Shown here: in pieces, positions 56,230-64,000 of the stretch
How the letters are laid out: each line of letters begins with the position of its first letter
Numbering within the stretch: position 1 is the first letter of the stretch
DNA from: Candidatus Latescibacterota bacterium
Lineage (GTDB): Bacteria > Latescibacterota > UBA2968
DNA: 64,000 nucleotides
Direction: 5' to 3'
Assembly (NCBI GenBank): GCA_965222605.1
Contig: OZ244960.1
Coordinates: forward strand, 992,001-1,056,000
The notes under the pieces: generated by a model
Database searches by the model: none
Told to the model about the DNA's origin: nothing
The model's input: the letters and a program-made list of their open reading frames with translations, nothing else
Position numbers and translations under genes: made by a program

Positions 56230-58160
56230 CTAAAGGGAACGATGTCACCTATATACAGCTAATTGACAAAGTACAATTGGCAGATATAGCCCCTGTCCTG
56301 AATGCATTTGTTGAAGCAAACAAAACCCCCAATCCTTTAAGCAGGGGCAGGTCTAAACGCAAGACTCCGGACTTGAACCTGCACTTGCAACCCATTGCGG
56401 ATATCCATTTTGATCGCGAAATAACAGAGGGGCTTTCAACACCGAGCAACCCCGCATATTCCTACATCCTCGCGGGCATCGCCCTCTCCGTATTACTGGT
56501 GGCGTGCATCAATTTTACGAACCTCGCCATTGCGCGGTCAGCGACCCGAGCGAGAGAGGTGGGGATACGCAAAGTAGTCGGAGCGATGCGTTTTCAACTG
56601 ATGAAACAATTTTGGGGCGAGTCCTTGCTGCTCACGGGCGTGGGAATGTTACTGGGGCTTGCACTAACAGAATTTTTTCTATCGACCTTCAACGCTTTGA
56701 CGCAAGTGAATTTAACACTGGATTATCGCCCTTCCCCATCCGGCGTGCTCTTTGGCGTATCGCTCTTATTGGTTATAGGTCTGGGCTCAGGCATCTATCC
56801 AGCACTGGTGCTATCGGGTTTTGACCCCATTGCCGTTTTGAAGAACCGATTCAATATTGGCGGCAGGTCCTGGTCTGGTCGCGTCCTGATCGTTGGTCAG
56901 TTCGTCGTTGCGATTTTGTTTCTCATTGCCACCCTTGTGATGTCTCGGCAGCTAACATTTTTAAAAGAAAAAAATCTGGGCTTAAATGAATCGCAGGTCG
57001 TATTGATAAACCCGCGGTACTCGTCACCAGACCGTCAGCAACGCCATCGGATACTGCAACTCTTCAAACAAGAGTTCAAACGGCACACAAATATCATTAA
57101 TGTGACGCAATCGAGTTTGTTCTCCAACTTGGAAGCGGACTCAGATAACCGCAAAAGCAATATTACATTTCCCAATGGAGAAGTGGTGGAAAAGGCTGAA
57201 ATTTCCGTGGATTACGACTTTTTCGACACACTGGGTATCAATTTATTGGCAGGGCGCAACTTTTCACCAGATTTTGGTACGGATGCAAAACAGGCCGTTC
57301 TGGTCAATAAAACATTTGTCGAACGCGCGCAATTGGAACAGCCATTGAACACGACATTGCCCATGACAAAGATGACGATCTCTTTTACGCCGGGAGATTT
57401 TAAGCCAGGAAGTAGCATACCTAAACCCACTCGAATAAAAGATCCCAAAATTATCGGTGTCGTAGATGATTTTCACTTAAAGTCACTGTATCATGCTCTG
57501 CCCCCTCTGGTGATATTTTTAGACGCAGCCGGCTTGCGCACAGACTTCCTGGTACGCATTCGCCCAGAACGCATACCTGAAACGCTCAACTTTATGGCTG
57601 AAAAGTGGCAGGCTATTGCGGGTGATATACGATTGGATTACGTCTTCCTCGACGAAAATTTTGACCGCCTCTACCGCGAGGAAGAACGCTGGGGTACCAT
57701 TGTCCAATACGCTTCTTTCTTCGCGCTCTTTGTCGCCTGCCTCGGCGTCCTGGGCCTCACATCCCTCGCCATTACCCGCCGCACCAAAGAAATCGGCATC
57801 CGCAAAGTACTCGGCGCATCGAACCATCACATCGTTGCCTTATTATCCAGAGAATTTGTCGTACTGATCCTCATCGCAAATCTGATCGCCTGGCCCATTG
57901 CCCATTATGGCGTTGATCACTGGTTGCGGGACTTTGCCTACCGCATCGATGCAGGTATAAGCCTCTTTCTGCTCGGCGGATTACTCGTCTTTGTAACAGC
58001 CCTGCTCACCATTGGCGTTCAAGCTCTAAGGGCCGCACAACGCAATCCCGTCCACGCCCTGCGATATGAGTGAGATCAATTTTCCTATTTGACAGGATAG
58101 GACAAATCGTGAATATTTAAAAAAGAGGAAATAGAAACCGTTGTTGACCAGGAGACTCAA

Positions 58161-58460
58161 ATGGCTAACATAGATATTCCCCGAATCGCGTATCCCCACA
58201 TCGAACAGAATCCAGATATCCTCTCAGGCGAACCTATTATACGAGGAACACGCATTGGCGTGCGGCACATCGCAGAATGGGACCGCCGTGGATATAGTGT
58301 GGATGAAATTATCGCACAATATCCTCATTTGACCCATGCACAGGTTCAAGATGCCCTATCTTATGCTTTTGATCACAAGTCTGAAATTGATCAACTCATC
58401 CAGGCAAATACAGAAGACGCGGTCCGGTCAAAATATCAAGATAGTGCATGGATGCCATAA
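58161..58460 (+). CDS. DUF433-family putative antitoxin
   Basis: PDILSGEPIIRGTRIGV and YPHLT.AQV.DALSY motifs; palindrome tcctat/atagga around TTGACA upstream. Confidence 0.88.
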   Translation: MANIDIPRIAYPHIEQNPDILSGEPIIRGTRIGVRHIAEWDRRGYSVDEIIAQYPHLTHAQVQDALSYAFDHKSEIDQLIQANTEDAVRSKYQDSAWMP

Positions 58461-58623
58461 AGTTATATTTGATTACAAGGTTGGCGTTAACCCATTGATT
58501 TTTATTTTTAAAAAAGTTTAATTGTTTTCCATTAAACTGCAAATTTTTCCTTGACACCTGTTCTTTTGTTTAGTATTTTTGTGCATAGAACGTTGAGACA
58601 TAATTCTTTGACAGGAGGTAATC

Positions 58624-58920
58624 ATGGCAAGCATTGAGGTTCAGGCCGAACAGGCAATTGAGGAAATTTTATTGTCCGATTTGAGTCGGGATCTGCTCAA
58701 AGTTGCCGATCGCATTCAGGCCGAGATGCCGCATGTACCTTTTGACGCCATTCGCCCCGAAGCCATGGCGCGCGTCGAAGCCGCTGAGCAAGCCATCGAC
58801 ACCCTGGCCCGGGATTTGAGCCAGGGGCAAGGGGAACTCACTGAGTGGCACAGCGCCTTGACGGCTTACGAATCGGCCTGGTTTCAGGTTATTGAGTCTT
58901 TAGGCATTCGCAATAATTAA
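58624..58920 (+). CDS. Hypothetical alpha-helical protein
   Basis: AGGAGGT RBS and upstream TTGACA-17 bp-TATTTT (58551-58579). Confidence 0.75.
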   Translation: MASIEVQAEQAIEEILLSDLSRDLLKVADRIQAEMPHVPFDAIRPEAMARVEAAEQAIDTLARDLSQGQGELTEWHSALTAYESAWFQVIESLGIRNN

Positions 58921-59000
58921 ATCACATATATTTACGTTTATTTTCGGCAATAAACGACCATTGTATTGCCGATTTCCACGAAAGCAAAGGAGAGATAGCA

Positions 59001-59714
59001 ATGTCCCAGCGAGATATAAAGACAGCAGTTCAACCTGTTGACCATATCAAGAAGCAGATTGCGGAATCCGAAGGTTTTCCCATCGGGAAGATCGATGAGT
59101 TTGTGGTATTCATTCAGAATGATCCCTACATCACATCTGCGGGTTTGCAGTACAAAATGCTACAAACCTATAAGGTTGGCAAATTCGCTGTACAGGCTGT
59201 AATGCCTTCCAAAGAAGAATACGCTCTATTGCGACGAATGATGGGATTAAAAGATGAGGAACCGCTGGTGGTAATGCGCGGTGAAGTGTGGGTTGATGGG
59301 CTTGCGCGGCCCTTTGTCGATTACGGTACCACAACGCCTAAAAATCTCAAAGGATTTGTGCGATTTTCAGATTATCCACTCGAAATGGCGACGCGACGCG
59401 CCACCAATCGGGCGATGCGTTTGGCTACCGCGACGGGGATGTGTTCTGTTGATGAGTTGCAGGTAGCCGCAGACGCCGCACAGACCAACGGCGATGTTGA
59501 AGCAGTTCACAACCATTCATCTGCTACGCAAAGTCAGATTGATCTGATTAAAAATCTGGGGCGAAGTCCACAGCTAACCGAACGAGAACGCGAGCGACTG
59601 AAAACCCAGATTGAAGATGGATTGGACAAGCGTCAGGCATCCGAATTGATTCAAAAAATAAAAGCGAGATTAGACGCCCAGCGCAAAGCCGATGCACAAC
59701 CTATTGCGGCTTGA
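59001..59714 (+). CDS. Putative single-strand annealing protein (Rad52/RecT-like)
   Basis: PYITSAGL, EMATRRATNRAMRLA..G.CS.DEL helix and C-terminal ATQSQIDLI motif; AAGGAG RBS. Confidence 0.55.
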   Translation: MSQRDIKTAVQPVDHIKKQIAESEGFPIGKIDEFVVFIQNDPYITSAGLQYKMLQTYKVGKFAVQAVMPSKEEYALLRRMMGLKDEEPLVVMRGEVWVDGLARPFVDYGTTTPKNLKGFVRFSDYPLEMATRRATNRAMRLATATGMCSVDELQVAADAAQTNGDVEAVHNHSSATQSQIDLIKNLGRSPQLTERERERLKTQIEDGLDKRQASELIQKIKARLDAQRKADAQPIAA

Positions 59715-59786
59715 TTTTGAGCCGGTTGTCGCGCGCATTCTTTCGTCAGGGGAGAGGGGAAGGATTTAGCGTACAGCCGGCACAAC

Positions 59787-59822
59787 AAAAAAGCGGGAGC
59801 TCTTTGAGAGCCCCGCTTTTTT
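59787..59822. terminator. Intrinsic terminator
   Basis: aaaaaagcggg...cccgctttttt. Confidence 0.8.
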
Positions 59823-59924
59823 GTTTTCTATAGCGAACAGTGCCCTACTTGTGCTTTCGTTTCCTTTTGTGTATCATGGGGCAAATTTGCAGCCGATCAA
59901 AAAAGCGATAAAAGGCATATTGTT

Positions 59925-62282
59925 ATGAAATCGATAATACTGGGAATTTTGTGCATTGCACTGACTGCAACAGACGGTTTGGCAAAAGATGCTTCGCCAG
60001 AGGCCATTGCCGCGGCTGAGAGAGCATATCGAGAAGGGATGAAACACTTTGAGGCAGAAAATCTGGACGCGGCACTCGTATCTTTTCAATCCGCAATTGC
60101 CCAGCACGAAAAGTACGCCCCCGCCTATGTGGGCCTGGGCCATATATATTTGAAACAAGGCGATTTGTCCGAAGCGGAAAAGGCGTTTAAAACCGCGGTC
60201 ATTAAAAATAAGAAATACGCGCCAGCTTACAATGGATTGGGCCTGGTCTATAGCCGCAAAAAGAACGAACTGCGTCGGGCAATTGCGTATTTTCGAGATG
60301 CAAATCGGGCGGATAAAAAGTATTCGGAGGCGCAATACAACCTGGCTCAGACCCTGGAAAATTACGGCAGTACTGAGACCCTCAAAGCCTATCGCAATGT
60401 CTTGAAGATCGACCCCAAACACCCCAATGCAAACTATCGCATTGGGATATTGCTGGATAAAGATGGGGAACGCGAAAAAGCCGTGCAAGCGTATCGGGAT
60501 CAATTAGAAGCAAAACCGGATCACCGCGGCGCGCGCTTAAATCTGGGCATTGATCTGAAATTGCTCGGACACTTGCGAGAGGCACTTCAGCACTTGCTCG
60601 AAGTTGCGACAGTTGCCAGCGATTTTCAACGTCGCGCCGTATTGGAATTGGCGCAGGTATTTCAAAGGGCAAAGGCATTTGACCAATCTGCGCGGTTATT
60701 TGAGTCATATATCAAACAGTTACCCGAAAAAGAACAGGAGACATATTGCGATCTAAACCTCGTCGCATCGGGTCCCATTCTCAAGGAATATAACGATGCC
60801 GAGACACTCCCCGAAAAAAAACGCGTTTTTAGAACATTCTGGTCGCGTTTAGACCCGGCTCCCGTCACCGAAGCCAATGAACGATTATTGGAACACTATC
60901 GCCGCATCGCGTATGCCCGTGAATTTTTTGGGACACATCGATTTCCCTGGGATGCTCGCGGCGAAGCCTATATTCGCTATGGTGCGCCCGATCATGTGAG
61001 CAATTCGGGCAATATTCAACTGGAGCGTACAAAAAAATTGGTTGACGTAAAAGAGCGGCTCATTCAAAAAGCCGGACCAGCAGTAGATCGATTGATCAGA
61101 GCGCGAGCCGATGCGGTCGCATCGAGCATGGTGGGTATGCGGGGGCAATTGCAGCGCACCGGGCAACAAAGTCCCGGCGCGCGCGGCGAACGACAGCAAG
61201 TAACCAGTGGAACCATTTTGGGATGGCCGGTATATCCGGTGGACGGGATATGGGAATACTGGATCTATGCCGATGTTGGCGATGGTATAGAGGTCGTGTT
61301 TGAACAGCGCGTAAATCAAGGGCCGTGGAATTATGCCGATATACCACTCGGCAGAGGGCGAATTGCGCGGATATGGCAGGACATGCATCCAGAAATTGTC
61401 TTGAAAGGAGTTGCAGCTATTACACCGATGACATATCGCCCCGACTTTGCGACGGGCGCATTGGATTTTTATCTTGCCTCATCGGCTTTCCGGGGACAAG
61501 AAGGTCTAACCACGCTCGAAATTTATTACGGCATTCCAACCGCGCAATTGCACTTTGTGGCCGGGCAAGATGGCGCGAGGATCGCACAATTAGACCGCGG
61601 CATTGTGGTTTACAATCAAGCGGGCGATCCCATCTATCGCACGAGCCAGGAAATGGTACTGGGTGCGTCGGGTGAAGCCGGTCAGTCACCTGGCGCGTAT
61701 ATGCCGGAGATGGACCGTTTGTTTTTAACACCGGGCAATTATCGCATTGCCGTGCAGATTTTAGATCGTCGTTCGAGAAAATCACAGGTGTATCACATCA
61801 ACCGCGTCGTACCCGAATTTGATATAGACGACGAGTTAAAAATCAGCGACGTGGAACTCGCCGCCACCATTGATGTAGCCGACAAGAGCCGGTTCCAAAA
61901 GGGCGATATTGAAGTGATCCCCATGGCCGCAAAAGCCTATTTGCCCACACAACCCGTATTTATCTATTTTGAAATTTATAACTTAAAACGCAATGCCTTC
62001 GGCCAGACCAAATACCGCGTATCTTATGTGGTGCGATCGCGCGATCAAAAGACCATCGGCGCGCGAATTTTGGGTGGCGTAGGCAAATTGCTCAGGGAAA
62101 AAAGCGAGCAGGGCGTTGTTTCAATCGAATACGAGCAGGTGGGAACAGAAACCCAGGAACCGGGATATATCGAATTGGATATGTCGCGCTCTGAACCGGG
62201 CGAAAAGATCGTAGAAATCGCAATTGTAGATGAAACAACAGGCCAGACAGCAACCGCGACAGCGACATTTGTTACTCAATAG
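59925..62282 (+). CDS. Secreted TPR + GWxTD-domain protein
   Basis: Signal peptide, TPRs, FWSRLDP.P.T..NE...EHYRR and WDARGEAYIRYGAPD. Confidence 0.8.
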   Translation: MKSIILGILCIALTATDGLAKDASPEAIAAAERAYREGMKHFEAENLDAALVSFQSAIAQHEKYAPAYVGLGHIYLKQGDLSEAEKAFKTAVIKNKKYAPAYNGLGLVYSRKKNELRRAIAYFRDANRADKKYSEAQYNLAQTLENYGSTETLKAYRNVLKIDPKHPNANYRIGILLDKDGEREKAVQAYRDQLEAKPDHRGARLNLGIDLKLLGHLREALQHLLEVATVASDFQRRAVLELAQVFQRAKAFDQSARLFESYIKQLPEKEQETYCDLNLVASGPILKEYNDAETLPEKKRVFRTFWSRLDPAPVTEANERLLEHYRRIAYAREFFGTHRFPWDARGEAYIRYGAPDHVSNSGNIQLERTKKLVDVKERLIQKAGPAVDRLIRARADAVASSMVGMRGQLQRTGQQSPGARGERQQVTSGTILGWPVYPVDGIWEYWIYADVGDGIEVVFEQRVNQGPWNYADIPLGRGRIARIWQDMHPEIVLKGVAAITPMTYRPDFATGALDFYLASSAFRGQEGLTTLEIYYGIPTAQLHFVAGQDGARIAQLDRGIVVYNQAGDPIYRTSQEMVLGASGEAGQSPGAYMPEMDRLFLTPGNYRIAVQILDRRSRKSQVYHINRVVPEFDIDDELKISDVELAATIDVADKSRFQKGDIEVIPMAAKAYLPTQPVFIYFEIYNLKRNAFGQTKYRVSYVVRSRDQKTIGARILGGVGKLLREKSEQGVVSIEYEQVGTETQEPGYIELDMSRSEPGEKIVEIAIVDETTGQTATATATFVTQ

Positions 62283-62298
62283 GATAGGAGCAAATTCG

Positions 62299-63642
62299 AT
62301 GCGTATTTTTGACGTTGAAACCATGCGCACACACGCGCGTGAGATTTTTGATACAGCAGTCAAAGCAGTTGATGCCGAACAGTGCGTGCGGCAATTTGTA
62401 TCGCTGGACGGCGATATTTTGCGCGTGGGCGAACAAAATTATGATTTAAGTGTTTACAACCGCATTTTGATCGTGGGCACAGGCAAAGCCTCGCCACAGA
62501 TGGGCGTGGCTTTAGAAGATATATTGGGCAATCGCATCTCTAATGGGTCTATGAATACAAAATACGACCATGCATTGCCCTTAAACCATATCGATGTGGT
62601 AGAATGCGGCCATCCCGTGCCAGACGAATCGGGGGTTGAAGGCGTCGGGCGCATGGTGCGTCTGCTGGAAGAAGCGGATGAAAATACGCTGGTAATTTGT
62701 TTGATTTCCGGTGGCGGCTCGGCGCTCGCACCCGCACCTGCTGATGGATTGACGCTTGCAGACAAGCAAGAGACGACGAGTCTATTGTTGGCATGTAGTG
62801 CAAATATTGTGGAACTCAATGCCATCCGCAAACATCTGTCGCGCTTAAAAGGAGGCGGCCTGGCGCGTGCGGCTTTTCCAGCAACAGTCGTCGCACTGAT
62901 GTTGTCAGATGTGATTGGCGATCCCATGGATGTCATTGCATCTGGCCCTACAGTGCCGGATACCGCGACATTTAAGACGTGTATGGATATTCTGGACAAA
63001 TACGAATTGGTCGATAAAATACCCGCAAGTGTTCTGTTGCGACTAAAAGCCGGTTTAGTGGGAGATATTGAGGATACGCCCAAGCCCGGCGATACGGCAC
63101 TGTCCAGAGTACAAAATATCGTGGTAGGCAGTAATGGCCTGGCAGTAACTGCGGCGAATAACAAAGCGATGGAATTGGGGTATAATACGCTGGTATTATC
63201 TACGCGCATCGAGGGCGAGGCGAGAGAAATCGCTTATGTATATGCGGGTATCGCAAAAGAAATTGTGACATCTGGACAGCCCGTTGCTCCACCCGCTTGC
63301 GTGATTGCCGGCGGAGAAACAACCGTGCTGGTGCGCGGAGATGGCAAGGGCGGACGCAATCAAGAGATTCCACTATCGGGCGCGATTCAATTGGCCGGGT
63401 GGGACAATGTCGTACTATTTAGCGGCGGCACCGATGGCACCGATGGCCCAACCGATGCCGCGGGCGCCGTGGCCGATGGACAAACCATAGCGCGGGCAGA
63501 AGCACTGGGACTATCCGCGATCGCACATCTTAAAAACAATGATGCCTACAACTTTTTTAAACCTCTGGACGACCTGATCATCACCGGAGCAACCGGAACC
63601 AATGTGGCAGATGTCGCGCTGGTAATGGTCGGAAATACATAA
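62299..63642 (+). CDS. Glycerate kinase (GckA/TtuD, MOFRL family)
   Basis: GKAS, GHPVPD, ISGGGSAL, IASGPT, GGETTV, GGRNQE and GTDGTDG motifs. Confidence 0.92.
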   Translation: MRIFDVETMRTHAREIFDTAVKAVDAEQCVRQFVSLDGDILRVGEQNYDLSVYNRILIVGTGKASPQMGVALEDILGNRISNGSMNTKYDHALPLNHIDVVECGHPVPDESGVEGVGRMVRLLEEADENTLVICLISGGGSALAPAPADGLTLADKQETTSLLLACSANIVELNAIRKHLSRLKGGGLARAAFPATVVALMLSDVIGDPMDVIASGPTVPDTATFKTCMDILDKYELVDKIPASVLLRLKAGLVGDIEDTPKPGDTALSRVQNIVVGSNGLAVTAANNKAMELGYNTLVLSTRIEGEAREIAYVYAGIAKEIVTSGQPVAPPACVIAGGETTVLVRGDGKGGRNQEIPLSGAIQLAGWDNVVLFSGGTDGTDGPTDAAGAVADGQTIARAEALGLSAIAHLKNNDAYNFFKPLDDLIITGATGTNVADVALVMVGNT

Positions 63643-63678
63643 TTTGGCGTATCTGAATATTCACAGGAAATACCTCCA

Positions 63679-64000
63679 ATGTCCAATCCCACCGAACCCA
63701 TTCTCAACGAAGTCGAAGTCGATTATTTTCGGCGTCACGGGCATATCGTGCGCACCGATTTACTCACCGATGATGAACGCGACGAATTTATCGCCCTATT
63801 TGACCGCGACCGCGAACAATTCAAATTTCGCTGGCATCCCTATGGCTACCACCAGCAGACCAATTACGACGCGCTCGTCACCACCCCCGAATTTGATCGC
63901 GTAATCCGTCACCCCAAAATTCTCGCTGCCATTGAACAACTCATGGGGGGACCAGTTTGCTTTGGCGAAATCGGCGCGCGTTACATGCTCCCTTACGACG
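63679..64000 (+). CDS. PhyH-family dioxygenase, 3'-truncated by the window edge
   Basis: MSNPTEPILNEVEVDYFRRHGHIV...VIRHPKILAAIEQLMG; frame open to the end of the window. Confidence 0.7.
   Translation, partial: MSNPTEPILNEVEVDYFRRHGHIVRTDLLTDDERDEFIALFDRDREQFKFRWHPYGYHQQTNYDALVTTPEFDRVIRHPKILAAIEQLMGGPVCFGEIGARYMLPYD

Larger units (their letters stand above)
53810..58073 (+). pseudogene. MacB/FtsX-type duplicated ABC permease interrupted by an IS1380 element
   Basis: MLKNYLTIALRNL start, two R.KEIGIRKV.GA-type motifs and NPVHALRYE end; removing the IS restores one 850-aa frame. Confidence 0.9.

Noticed and set aside
141-63490. Numerous antisense and alternate-frame ORFs across the window
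   Set aside because: They overlap well-supported genes and show no independent motifs or RBS.

Overview
A 64-kb bacterial chromosomal segment in genetic code 11, with no CRISPR array, rRNA or recognisable prophage. The dockerin/EF-hand, FlgD-type, GWxTD, PhyH and cadherin/FN3/LRR proteins suggest an FCB-related diderm such as Latescibacterota or Gemmatimonadota, possibly a marine sponge symbiont; this is inference only. The window opens inside a giant cadherin/FN3/LRR/M8-like protease surface protein. A mostly housekeeping run follows: lysA, glpD-like, larE, def, pncB, moaDE, tsaD, ftsK, lolA, prfB with a +1 frameshift, lysS, lolD, clpC, bamA, skp, fabZ, ABC-F, pyrF, rnpB, RNase HI and tRNA-Val(CAC). 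The later part is accessory-rich, with decayed toxin-antitoxin modules, an IlvD-family dehydratase, modBC, an ECF sigma locus, an IS1380-interrupted ABC permease, a putative SSAP pair, a TPR-GWxTD protein and glycerate kinase. Best candidates for undescribed biology are: (1) an ECF sigma factor behind a ~570-nt structured leader with chained micro-ORFs and tandem terminators; (2) a riboswitch-like terminator/pseudoknot leader upstream of a 63-aa zinc-ribbon gene; (3) an ABC-type ATPase + PIN two-gene module that may be a defence system; (4) a stand-alone Rad52/RecT-like annealing-protein operon; (5) an ATP-grasp ligase-larE-pncB-moaDE cluster; (6) a mosaic VLR-like LRR array. All family assignments come from motif recognition by eye, not database searches, and RNA folds were done by hand.
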